Assembly: GCA_024275045.1 (NCBI GenBank)
Contig: JAJRZX010000039.1
Location: forward strand, 586-64,585
DNA from: Deltaproteobacteria bacterium
GTDB taxonomy: Bacteria > Desulfobacterota > GWC2-55-46 > JADFVP01
Length of the DNA: 64,000 bases
Direction: 5' to 3'
Positions 19,053-28,338 of this stretch are shown here, in pieces (the first letter of the stretch is position 1; every line of letters starts with the position of its first letter). A program made the translations under genes and the position numbers. Under the pieces are notes generated by a model. It ran no database searches, was not told where the DNA came from, and saw nothing but the letters and a program-made list of their open reading frames with translations.

Positions 19053-19172
19053 GATTACCAAAATTATCATAAGTGATAAAAATGGTCATCATGATTACTA
19101 AAATTATCATAAACGATAAAAACAGTCATCATGATTACCAGAATTCTCAAGAATGATAAAAATGGTAATCAT
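19053..19172. repeat. Three tandem 40-bp iterons
   Basis: R1 is GATTACCAAAATTATCATAAGTGATAAAAATGGTCATCAT, R2 is GATTACTAAAATTATCATAAACGATAAAAACAGTCATCAT and R3 is GATTACCAGAATTCTCAAGAATGATAAAAATGGTAATCAT. Each junction carries the 8-bp palindrome ATCATGAT. Confidence 0.8.
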
Positions 19173-19418
19173 TTTTCAACATCCACGCAAAATGGCGGGG
19201 TTTGAACCGACCCAGACACGTAAGGGTATTCTCCGATGTTACAGAAAATAGCTGGTGCTTATTTTTCAATCAAGGGGGGTATACGTCATCAAAATAGAGG
19301 ATGTCCGTGATCAAGGCTTAGAAACCTCTGAAGCAAGAGGAGTTGTTCTTTAAAGAGTCCGACCGTTATGATGATAGCAGAATAGCAGTTAGGTGCAATG
19401 CTTTATTTTAAAATTATT

Positions 19419-20288
19419 TCAACTTAAAGGATCGTTAGTATTGCTATGGGCACCTTTTTCTACCAAGTCATCCGATTGTTGGAGCATCCGCTCTACTTGT
19501 TGCATATCCTCAATCAATTTTTTCCATGTTGTGCCAGATACAATATCTTGAGAATGTACTAGCTTATCTCTTAATTTTTCAATGCTTTTGAGTACACTGC
19601 CTGCTTCCTTTTTGCTTTTAAGTCCCAAATGCTTTTGCATTTCTTCCGATGCACAAACAAGATCACGTTTATCAGCAAATTGCAGACAATCTGTTAAATC
19701 AATGGCTTCGTTTCGCTTTTTACGTTTTTCAAGAAGGTTTTTAGCGTGCGCTATTCGTTCTTGTTTTAAACTATCTTGCCACGTTTCATCAGAAAAATAA
19801 GTACGCACAAGAAAGGTAAGGTGCATTTCCAAAAGAGAGATAATACCGAAAAAGAGTATTCTGACTGGAGGTTTCTGAAGGTCTGCCTTTGTTATAATCC
19901 CAGAAATTTGCCTGCCATTGAGAATAAAAAAGTGAGTTCTGTCTTTAAGGCCATTTAATACTTCAGTTAAAGCCGTAGACTCTGCAATGATATCATCTGC
20001 TTTAATGAATTTAGCTGCTTTTTCACAATTTCCGTCTTTGAGAGATGTAGTGCGAATAAATTCTCGGACAGGTTGAACTTTTGAGGATCGAATGCCTGCG
20101 ATATCGAAATCCAGCCTCTTTAACTCAGCCTGTACCGCGCTTGCGGAATCTTTCTATAAGCAACATTTAAGTGGTTCTTGTATGGAATTGGCTGTAACAC
20201 CAAATTCAAATAGATTACGCAAATCACTCATTCGAGTGCCTTTGCGTCTATAACCTGTTAAAGGTGATACCCAAAGTTGATATCCCAT
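19419..20288 (-). pseudogene. CBS-domain protein gene interrupted by an in-frame TAG (at 20156-20154 on the minus strand)
   Basis: The continuous frame reads MGYQLWVSPLTGYRRKGTRMSDLRNLFEFGVTANSIQEPLKCCL*KDSASAVQAELKRLDFDIAGIRSSKVQ...FFILNGRQISGIITKADLQK..., followed by the 137-aa ORF. NGRQISGIITKADL is a CBS signature. The track contains only the distal 137 aa. Confidence 0.45.
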
Positions 20289-20563
20289 CTGACTGCTCTC
20301 GACTTATTATGTATGAATACTCAATAGTAACATATACCATTTTTCAAGAGAGAACCAACAACCCACACTTCTATGAACTCAACGCATCCACTTGAAAGAA
20401 GCCCCTTTAGCGAACTCTCTTTCCGATTCTATCTCTGTCAAGAGCAAAAACTTTTCTTATTCTAAAGCGTTGCAGTCCCTAGGTCAACGGCGGTTCACCA
20501 GAAAGAAGAGTTATCAGGACACGGACGATGGAGACGGGAATGGCCGTACGAGGCGAACCGCTT

Positions 20564-20962
20564 TCAGGGAACACACTCAAAATCCTGCTCCGAAAAATGC
20601 TGATCAAAGGCGAAGGCCGTCTTTATCCCAAGTTGCCGCATGGTCTCGAAACTTACGCAGTCCACGAGGCTTAGCCTTCTCCGTCCGGACGCCTCAACGG
20701 CGCTTACACCCGCCCTGTGGGTCGTCTCGTCAACCCATTCGATGTTTACAAGGGGCAGAATATCGTCGTTTAAGGCCCTCACCGCCTTCATCCCAAGGCG
20801 GTGCTGTACAAGCGCAAAGGTCTCGACGAGGACATAGTTGTTGCAGAAGAGCACTGCACCCGATGAGACGAGCCCGGCCCACTCTGTTTTTGCCTTTGGA
20901 TGAAAGTTGTCATCCGAGTCCAAAATCGAGAGAAAGGCCGAGGTGTCGATAAAGACCCTCAT
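20564..20962 (-). CDS. vapC: VapC PIN-domain toxin
   Basis: It is 132 aa, with MRVFIDTSAFLSILDSDD... showing acidic PIN residues. It overlaps the upstream RHH antitoxin gene by 4 nt. Confidence 0.8.
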   Translation of the reverse strand: MRVFIDTSAFLSILDSDDNFHPKAKTEWAGLVSSGAVLFCNNYVLVETFALVQHRLGMKAVRALNDDILPLVNIEWVDETTHRAGVSAVEASGRRRLSLVDCVSFETMRQLGIKTAFAFDQHFSEQDFECVP

Positions 20963-21207
20963 TTGCTGTAGACCTCGGCAAGGTATTTGTCATGGGCCTC
21001 GGAAAGGTCGCCTGTACCGGAATGAAAACGCCCGGCAACGGCTATGGCGCGGCTACGTCTCTCCTCGATATCGGCTCCGGCCCTTGTCGCAACGAAGCTG
21101 TCCACCGCCTGGCGTATCAGATCGGCCATGGAGCGGTGCTCGGCAGCGGCCATCCTCTTCAGCTTCTCGACCTGTTCCTCGGTCATCTGTATCTGCGTCC
21201 TTACCAT
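20959..21207 (-). CDS. vapB: VapB/CopG-family ribbon-helix-helix antitoxin
   Basis: It is 82 aa, with an RHH N-terminus (VRTQIQMTEEQVEKLKRMAAAEHRSMADLIRQAV). Confidence 0.75.
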   Translation of the reverse strand: MVRTQIQMTEEQVEKLKRMAAAEHRSMADLIRQAVDSFVATRAGADIEERRSRAIAVAGRFHSGTGDLSEAHDKYLAEVYSK

Positions 21208-21334
21208 AAAGGCCTCTCCTTTGATTGTCTGCTGTGATAACTATTTTGATTAAATGATAACACTTTTATGGAGCTTGTGCAAGTTCTTATACCGAATCCT
21301 TTCTCGTCCTTCACCTCATAAGTAATAAATATGT

Positions 21335-21634
21335 ATGACAAGGAAAGCCTTCATAAAAGTGAAAGAGGTAGCAAGAATTCTGAACTGCAAGACTACTACC
21401 GTGTACAGCTGGGCAGAATCAGGAGCCCTCCCCTCCTACAAGATACGTGGCCTTGTGCGCTTCGCCCCTGAAGAGGTGGAGCAGTGGATAAAGGCTCAAA
21501 AGATCGAACCACGGAGGACTACGTCCAGGAGTCACCCCAGGAAGGCCTCGGTGAGCTCTTTACGAGATGTGGACAGTATCATTCGAAGGGCCATCGATAC
21601 TACAGTTGCAAAGAAAAAGGCGTCTGGTATATAA
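21335..21634 (+). CDS. AlpA/MerR-type excisionase-family DNA-binding protein
   Basis: It is 99 aa. KVKEVARILNCKTTTVYSWAESGALPSYKIRGLVRFAPEEVEQWI is the helix-turn-helix excisionase-family pattern. It lies immediately upstream of the integrase. Confidence 0.7.
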   Translation: MTRKAFIKVKEVARILNCKTTTVYSWAESGALPSYKIRGLVRFAPEEVEQWIKAQKIEPRRTTSRSHPRKASVSSLRDVDSIIRRAIDTTVAKKKASGI

Positions 21635-21682
21635 TCCTTCAAAGGGGAAACCAGACCAATCAGCCCGAAAGGAGGTTGATTT

Positions 21683-22762
21683 ATGGGTATATACAAACGG
21701 GGCAAGGTCTGGTGGATGAGATTAACTTTTGAGGGCAGGCAGTTAAGGAGGTCCACAGAGACCACGAACAAGAGGCTTGCCCAAAAGGTGCACGCCAAGG
21801 TCATCACCGAGATTACAGAGGGCAAGTGGTTTGATATCAAGCCCGAAGAAGATAAAACCTTCAGGGAGATGATGGATAAGTATCTCGAAGAATACTCCAT
21901 TTTAAAAACCCCGAATGGTCAGTGCAGAGATAGAGTAATATCCGAACATTTACTTGGATTCTTCGGTGATACCCTTCTCAAGGCCATAACCCCTCCGCTT
22001 ATAGTGGACTACAAGGCTATGAGACGAAAAAAAGGCTCAAAGCCGGCAACTATCGAGAGAGAGCTCTGTCTCATAAAAAGGGCCTTCAACCTCGCGATAA
22101 GGGAGTGGGAGTGGGTGGATAAGAATCCCGTCTCAAGGGTCTCCAGAGAGCGGTTCAACAACCAGATTGACAGGTGGTTGTCTTCAAAGGAAGAGGCGCG
22201 GCTCCTTGAGGCCTCGCCGGGATGGCTCAGGGAGGTTATCGTCTTTGCCCTGAATACGGGCATGAGACAGGGTGAGATTCTAGACCTTCGGTGGCCTTAC
22301 GTTGACCGTGGCAAAAGGACCGCCGCAGTCATGCGCTCCAAGAACGGTGATAGGAGAACCATACCTCTTAACGAGGCGGCCCTTGGGGTGCTTGCGCTAA
22401 AATCCAAGGTGCGCCATATTAAGAGCGACTATGTATTCGCAAGCAAGGTAGGCACAAGGCTTGAGAAGCGAAACCTCGCGCGGGCCTTTTACCAGGCAAT
22501 GGATAGGGCGGTGGTGGAGGACTTCCGCTTCCATGATCTTCGCCACACCTTTGCCACGCGGCTTGCGCAGGCTGGTGTAGATATTTACACCATAGCCAAG
22601 CTTCTCGGGCACAAGGACATCCGCATGACGCAGAGATATGCGCACCACTCAACGGAGAGTCTGCGGGGCGGTGTGGACGTCCTTGAGGAATTTAGCACAA
22701 TTTTAGCACAATCGGGTAAAAACCAAGAAAAAAGGGTTACGAGAAAAGCCGTAACCCCTTGA
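21683..22762 (+). CDS. int: Tyrosine-type site-specific integrase (phage integrase family)
   Basis: It is 359 aa. The C-terminal catalytic region reads ...HDLRHTFATRLAQAGVDIYTIAKLLGHKDIRMTQRYAH (R..HxxR..Y). Its 3' end abuts the 3' end of tRNA-Pro. Confidence 0.85.
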   Translation: MGIYKRGKVWWMRLTFEGRQLRRSTETTNKRLAQKVHAKVITEITEGKWFDIKPEEDKTFREMMDKYLEEYSILKTPNGQCRDRVISEHLLGFFGDTLLKAITPPLIVDYKAMRRKKGSKPATIERELCLIKRAFNLAIREWEWVDKNPVSRVSRERFNNQIDRWLSSKEEARLLEASPGWLREVIVFALNTGMRQGEILDLRWPYVDRGKRTAAVMRSKNGDRRTIPLNEAALGVLALKSKVRHIKSDYVFASKVGTRLEKRNLARAFYQAMDRAVVEDFRFHDLRHTFATRLAQAGVDIYTIAKLLGHKDIRMTQRYAHHSTESLRGGVDVLEEFSTILAQSGKNQEKRVTRKAVTP

Positions 22763-22767
22763 TTTTA

Positions 22768-22847
<80 letters not shown>

Positions 22848-23104
22848 AAAACAAAGACATATAATATCCCCGGGGAATATCTTTTTATATATATCATATA
22901 CAGAGTTCAAGGGCAACTCTATCTTCACACTTCTGCCTCATATAACCGGCCATCACCTGCCTTCTTAAAGGGCAGGACAGGGTACCACCTGTCACATACC
23001 AGAAAAGCCTCCCCCCAACACACACAGCTATCCACAAAAAAACGCGCCACCTTTTATGGAGACGCGTCATTAAAAACTACTTATAAGAATGCCGCGGCCT
23101 CTAT

Positions 23105-26100
23105 CTAACCCGCCGTATCACCCTTCATTATGGTAGGGGTTATGAATATGAGTAGCTCCTTCTGCGACTCCTTGGTGGATTTACTCCTGAAGAGTTTTCC
23201 CATTAAAGGTATATCCTTGAGGTAAGGTATGCCACTGTCTATTTTATTGGAGTCTGAGCTGATGATGCCGCCTATTACTGTTGTCTCACCATCGTGCACA
23301 AGAACCTCGGTGGAGGCCTCTTTCTTTACAATGCTTGGCTCACCGGAGGACGTTGTAAACGTACCGATAGAGTTCTTGCTGGCCTTAATCTTCATGAGGA
23401 CACTGCCGTCCGGGGTTATGTGAGGCGTAACCGTGAGGCTGAGATTGGCATCAATAAAGATAGTGCTGGTACCTGAGGCGGAAGTAGTCTCAAAGGGCAC
23501 GGACTCGCCGTCTTCTATCTTGGCCTCTTTATTATCCATAGTGACAATGCGCGGCCTTGATATGGTACGGAGCTGGCCTTCCTGCTCGCCTGCGGAGAGA
23601 CGAAGGTCCAGTACCAGAGGATTCTGTCCTGCCTTGCCAAGAATAAAACCAAGGGCGCCAAGGGTGCCTACAGACCCTGTTGCCGGGAGGTTGACAGCAA
23701 AGTTCTGGGAGCCGTTTCTTGTCTCAAAAGTAGGGTTCGTGCCTGAGGGCGGAGTCTGTCCGGTAGTGGTGCCGCTGCCGAAGATATTCGCATTTACATT
23801 GCCGCCAGTCTGGTAATCAACTCCCCACTGCACACCAAGGTCACGAGAAAAACTGCTTTGCGCCTCAACAATACGGGCCTCAATAAGAACCTGCGGAATA
23901 GCCGTATCAAGGTGAGTGATAAGCTTTTGCGCTGCTACGATGCCTTTCTTTATATCCTTGATTATAAGGGTATTGGTACGCGTCTCGCTTGTAACGCTGC
24001 CTCTGTCTGAGAGTACGTTCTTTACGTGTTCGGCAAGCTCCTCGGCGTTGCCGTAGTTTATGGGCACAAACTCTATGCTGAGGGGCTCCAGCTTCTCACT
24101 GGCCTTTACAGCGGCAAGGGCGGCATCACGCTCCTGGCTGATGCGTGAGGCAGGGGCAACGCGAATCACATTGCCTACCTTAACCTTGTCAAGGCCCTTG
24201 GCCTTTAATATTATATCAAAAGCCTGATCCCACGGCACATCACGAAGGCGCAGTGATATGGTGCCGGTAACATCATCTGAGGCTATGATATTCAGATTGC
24301 TAACCTCGGCAAGAAGCCTGAGAATATCAGTAATACGGGCATCCATCATATCAAGGTCTATCTTCTTGCCTGTATACACGGGGCCATTACCGTTGGCAGC
24401 TTGTACCGCGGCCTTCCTGGCAACAGGTCTTGCAATCGGCTCAAAGACAAAACTCAGAGTTCCGTCCAGCTCAATTACACTATGAGATGCAAGTGAGGCA
24501 AGGTCAACGAGGATACGGGTTACGGCAGGATCTGCGGTGCCCTGATAAGAGCTGATACTGGCTACCGGGGTCCCAAGTTTTGTGGCATCAAGAGTGCGCA
24601 CAAAATTCTCTCCGATTACGGTATCGGCTATATCAATAACAAGTGTCTTGCCGTTATTGGATTTTTTTACGCTGTAAACAGGTTTCGCGCTCGTCTCTAT
24701 CGTAAGGAATCCCTTGCTGCCTATCTTCTTGTAATCTATGTTCTTTATATTATTACCTGCGGATATCGGCTGTACAGCGGGAGAATCCTGCACGGCTTCC
24801 ATAACAGGGGTCTCGGTCTCGGCGGTAGATACTGCCGCCTCTTCCCGAACCGCCGCCGCTTCAGCTTCAGCTTCTTTCTCAACTTTTAAGGCATCGGCTA
24901 TCTCAGTATCAGTATCAGCCATGGCAACGGGGCCGCTGTTATCAAGGGCAGCGGCCTCAGCATCCACTGCTGCTCTTGTCTCCGCGGCGGTCTCTTCAAC
25001 ATCAGTGGAAACTACCTCTACCGCGGCGCTCTCATCGGAGAGGGGCTCTTCAGTAGTAACGGTATTAAGGTCAGCGCTCTCTTCCTCTGCTCTTGAGGCT
25101 AAGGCATCAAGGCCATCTTCCGCCTCTGTTGTAATTACTTCCGCTTCAGCGGGGGTCTCATTAAGGCCCGTATCAATGGTATCAAGGGCAGCAACGTCTT
25201 CATCTACGCTTGCAACCGTTTCTGCGGCGGTCTCTGCCACATCAGCTGAGGCAAGATCCGCTGCAGCGCTCTCATCACTAAGAGCCTCATCACCACCCAC
25301 TTCAATGGCATCAAGGGCAGCAACACCCTCATCTACGCTTGCAACTTCCTCCGCAGCAACGTCTGCCGCCTCGGTGGAGACAACATCCACTACAGCGCTC
25401 TCATCACCACCCGCTTCAATGGTATCAAGGGCAGCAACGTCCTCTTCTACGCCTGCAACCTCTTCCGCGGGAGCGTCTTCCGCCACGGCACTCAGACCTT
25501 CATCAACAGTGGCTATCTCGGCAGCTAAAGCGGCAACTTCCGCGGCCGCATCTACCGCGACAACCTCTGCACCGGGGTCAGCGCTGAAATCCTGCACCCC
25601 GTCAGAGATAGTCTCCGTACCATCCATAACATCAGCGGCGCTTGCAAGCTGCTCCCCTAACTGCTCTGGACTAAATGTGGCCGTAATATGGTCACCTAAT
25701 TTTGTTATAACGTAAGGCGGGATCTCTTCGCTCGTAAGGTCAATAACAAAACGGACCTTATCGGGATGATTACCCACACGCACATCCTTTATCTCAGTAC
25801 CATCAACTCTCATTACCTTAAGCCCTGTACTGTTTGTAACATCCCAGACATCTATAACCACTCTTGCCGGGTCTGTTAACTCAAAGGTATTATATTTACC
25901 TATGGCGCCGTCTGAGACTATCTGAATCACTGTCTCAGTGTCTTCGGTAAAAGACTGTATGCCTTCCACAATAGTGGCAGGGTCAAGCGTATCAACAAGA
26001 GCGGTATCTTCATCGGCCTTGTTCTGCGCAAGCACCACATCACTGCTTGTTGAGGCTACAACAACGGCATCGTCCTCTAAAAATCCTTCAGGCATACCCA

Positions 26101-26614
26101 CAAGCGGGTCATGCTTAAACTCTATAATCAGGCCCTCTTCCCCGCTTCTCACCTCGTGCTCAACACCCTCCTGGAGCTCCAGTATAATCCTGCCTATCTT
26201 CTCCTTGCCGCCATAAGTAACAACATTTATGGTCTTAAGGAACTGATTATTCACCGTAACGGTATCAAGGACATCGTAGAGGTTGGCCTCGGGCAGGTCT
26301 ATTACCAGTCTCTCAGGGTTTGTAAGGGTAAAGGACGTATACTCTGCCGTCTTGTTTGTGCTGATAATTACGCTATCGCCCTCTCCCACCACGTTTATCG
26401 CGCTAACCTTTAACTCCTGCGCGGCCAGCTCCTTATCGTGGGCAGAGAGTTCCGTTGTCTCATCACCGGCAGAAAGGTCTTCGGTGTCAAACCCCGTTGA
26501 GGCGCATCCCGTAAAGACAAAGATGGCAAGAGCGGCGAGCAACCCCGGCAAGAACTCCCTCGCGCGTTTTTCATTAAACTTAAAGGAACGCATATAAACC
26601 TCCCTGTGGTACAT
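23105..26614 (-). CDS. pilQ: Type IV pilus secretin PilQ with three N-terminal AMIN domains and a long acidic repetitive linker
   Basis: It is 1169 aa. The lipoprotein-like signal is LAIFVFTGC. AMIN-like modules are present. The C-terminal secretin domain reads ...PQVLIEARIVEAQSSFSRDLGVQWG...IPYLKDIPLMGKLFRSKS. The likely start is M at 26593. Confidence 0.85.
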   Translation of the reverse strand: MYHREVYMRSFKFNEKRAREFLPGLLAALAIFVFTGCASTGFDTEDLSAGDETTELSAHDKELAAQELKVSAINVVGEGDSVIISTNKTAEYTSFTLTNPERLVIDLPEANLYDVLDTVTVNNQFLKTINVVTYGGKEKIGRIILELQEGVEHEVRSGEEGLIIEFKHDPLVGMPEGFLEDDAVVVASTSSDVVLAQNKADEDTALVDTLDPATIVEGIQSFTEDTETVIQIVSDGAIGKYNTFELTDPARVVIDVWDVTNSTGLKVMRVDGTEIKDVRVGNHPDKVRFVIDLTSEEIPPYVITKLGDHITATFSPEQLGEQLASAADVMDGTETISDGVQDFSADPGAEVVAVDAAAEVAALAAEIATVDEGLSAVAEDAPAEEVAGVEEDVAALDTIEAGGDESAVVDVVSTEAADVAAEEVASVDEGVAALDAIEVGGDEALSDESAAADLASADVAETAAETVASVDEDVAALDTIDTGLNETPAEAEVITTEAEDGLDALASRAEEESADLNTVTTEEPLSDESAAVEVVSTDVEETAAETRAAVDAEAAALDNSGPVAMADTDTEIADALKVEKEAEAEAAAVREEAAVSTAETETPVMEAVQDSPAVQPISAGNNIKNIDYKKIGSKGFLTIETSAKPVYSVKKSNNGKTLVIDIADTVIGENFVRTLDATKLGTPVASISSYQGTADPAVTRILVDLASLASHSVIELDGTLSFVFEPIARPVARKAAVQAANGNGPVYTGKKIDLDMMDARITDILRLLAEVSNLNIIASDDVTGTISLRLRDVPWDQAFDIILKAKGLDKVKVGNVIRVAPASRISQERDAALAAVKASEKLEPLSIEFVPINYGNAEELAEHVKNVLSDRGSVTSETRTNTLIIKDIKKGIVAAQKLITHLDTAIPQVLIEARIVEAQSSFSRDLGVQWGVDYQTGGNVNANIFGSGTTTGQTPPSGTNPTFETRNGSQNFAVNLPATGSVGTLGALGFILGKAGQNPLVLDLRLSAGEQEGQLRTISRPRIVTMDNKEAKIEDGESVPFETTSASGTSTIFIDANLSLTVTPHITPDGSVLMKIKASKNSIGTFTTSSGEPSIVKKEASTEVLVHDGETTVIGGIISSDSNKIDSGIPYLKDIPLMGKLFRSKSTKESQKELLIFITPTIMKGDTAG

Positions 26615-26653
26615 AGATGTTAAGCAAAAAACTCTCGCAGATACAGACCTGTC

Positions 26654-27181
26654 TTATCGTGCGGAAATGCCGCCCTCTTCCTTTGTCAATATTGTAAGCG
26701 CCCTATCGTTAAATGATAGAACCCGTCCATCTTCATCCCTTACGTACTCTCTTACCTTAAGGCCATCGGAATCTATCTTGATTATCCTACCGCCTACAAG
26801 CCCCATAAGGTCGCCGCGCCTCACTATGTATCTCTTGCCGTCAGGAGCGTTCACAAGGGCATAAGAGCTGTCTCCGCTTAAAACAACGGCTGTGACGCGA
26901 AAGAGATTAACATCACAGCACTCAAGAGGGCCTTTTACTCTCTTGGCCTTCTCTTTACCCTTTCTAACTATAATATAACTTAAAAAGGGATTGCGTTTGG
27001 GTTTTTCAAAAGCAGTCTTCTGGTCCTCTACTTGAAGTGTATCAGGGGCCGCCGGCTTCTCAGCCGCTGTCCTGGGATGCGCTCTTTTAGGGACAAAGGT
27101 CTCTGAATCATCAGAGCCGCATGCCACGAGGAAAAGAGGCAGAAGTATTACAAATAATATTCTCGTATATTGACGGGCCAT
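26654..27181 (-). CDS. pilP: Type IV pilus assembly lipoprotein PilP
   Basis: It is 175 aa with the lipobox LVAC. The position and the C-terminal beta domain (VRRGDLMGLVGGRIIKIDSDG) support the call. Confidence 0.75.
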   Translation of the reverse strand: MARQYTRILFVILLPLFLVACGSDDSETFVPKRAHPRTAAEKPAAPDTLQVEDQKTAFEKPKRNPFLSYIIVRKGKEKAKRVKGPLECCDVNLFRVTAVVLSGDSSYALVNAPDGKRYIVRRGDLMGLVGGRIIKIDSDGLKVREYVRDEDGRVLSFNDRALTILTKEEGGISAR

Positions 27182-27780
27182 TATTTCTTCTCCGTCACAG
27201 CAAGGGCCCCGGGAATAAATCTGAAGGTAGTAGCCACAAAATCGGCCTTCAGGTCCGGTACACGGTTCTTATGCCCTCTGGACACTATGTCCATGGATGT
27301 GAGGTTAACAATACGCGGCAGATTCCCCACCTTGGCGCTAAAATCAAAGAGGCTCTCAAAGCGCCCCTCTACACTCATATTTATCGGCAGATCCGCATAA
27401 AAACCTTTATTTACCTCACGAGCCGGCCTGAAGAGCACTATCTTAAGACCGCTCTTCTTGGCTGCATTGCTGATTGCGTCAATAAGGTCGGGTATCTCTT
27501 TCTCATTTGGCAGGCGCGCCACGGCGTCAGCGAGCCTCTTTTCCATCTCCTTCTTTTCCTTAAGGTATCGCGGCAGATCAGAGGCTACACGCCTGTTCTC
27601 CTCAAGCTTTGCCGAGAGCCTCTGCATATCACCACGAAGGCTCTTTACCTCTATTTTTTTAGGCCCTGTAAAGAACCAGTAGATACCTACGGCGATAACA
27701 AAATTAACCGCCACAAGAAGGATTATCTTCTTGGCAAGAGATAACTTTACTATGGATTCTAATTTGTCCTTAAGCGCCAT
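27181..27780 (-). CDS. pilO: Type IV pilus assembly protein PilO
   Basis: It is 199 aa with a single TM, a coiled-coil and a PilO-like C-terminus. The gene order is pilMNOPQ. Confidence 0.75.
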   Translation of the reverse strand: MALKDKLESIVKLSLAKKIILLVAVNFVIAVGIYWFFTGPKKIEVKSLRGDMQRLSAKLEENRRVASDLPRYLKEKKEMEKRLADAVARLPNEKEIPDLIDAISNAAKKSGLKIVLFRPAREVNKGFYADLPINMSVEGRFESLFDFSAKVGNLPRIVNLTSMDIVSRGHKNRVPDLKADFVATTFRFIPGALAVTEKK

Positions 27781-27798
27781 ATCTCCAATACCAAAAAA

Positions 27799-28338
27799 TT
27801 ATTTTTGCAGGTTTATAACAAACTTAACCACATCGGCCCCTGTCTCTCTTTCCACCACCCGCTGCACCACATTAAGCTCCACAGCACCCATCTTCAAGGC
27901 CCTCTGCAGTCTTCTCATATACTCGGCCACAACCTCGTCGCTGGAAGCATATCCCGTAAGAGTAACAATGGTTCCCTTATCTTTAAAGGCAGAGAGCCAT
28001 GCTTTTTTGGGTATTGCGTTGCTGACGATTCTAAATACCGTGGCAGGCCCTGTACGCTGCGCCTCAAGGCCGTTTATCACCATGAGTTTTTCTTCCACAA
28101 CCTTCTTCTGCTGCTTAATAAGAGAGAGCTCGCCAACTTTTCTTCTAAGCTGCTTGAGCTCTTCCTCGCCCCTTACGATGTCATCGCGAAGCATCCTGGC
28201 ATCGCTTCTCACGGTAAAGAAATATACCAGGGAGAGGCTTATGACAAAAATCGTCACCAGCCCGGCTATGGTCATCTGAAAACGTATGAACTCCTTTTTT
28301 CGCGCGGCCCGTACGGGCAGAAGATTTATACGTATCAT
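27799..28338 (-). CDS. pilN: Type IV pilus assembly protein PilN
   Basis: It is 179 aa. The N-terminal INLLP motif and a single TM fit PilN. Confidence 0.8.
   Translation of the reverse strand: MIRINLLPVRAARKKEFIRFQMTIAGLVTIFVISLSLVYFFTVRSDARMLRDDIVRGEEELKQLRRKVGELSLIKQQKKVVEEKLMVINGLEAQRTGPATVFRIVSNAIPKKAWLSAFKDKGTIVTLTGYASSDEVVAEYMRRLQRALKMGAVELNVVQRVVERETGADVVKFVINLQK

Noticed and set aside
19053-19172. A possible CRISPR array (also considered for 58461-58715)
   Set aside because: The repeats are directly contiguous with no unique spacers, the units of 40 and about 84 bp are not CRISPR-like, and there is no cas gene or leader. Both are classed as iterons or tandem repeats.
19203-19230. 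A second tRNA gene
   Set aside because: The fragment has tRNA-like TTTGAACC and GACCC blocks but cannot form T-arm or acceptor pairing, so it is not a functional tRNA. It is kept only as a possible att relic.
20392-20952. A 186-aa plus-strand ORF
   Set aside because: It is antisense to vapC, rich in Arg, Ser and Pro, and has no start context.
24738-25715. A 325-aa plus-strand ORF rich in Ser, Ala and Thr
   Set aside because: It is antisense to the acidic tandem-repeat linker of pilQ. The open frame is a compositional consequence of the GAx/GCx repeats, with no RBS or start context.
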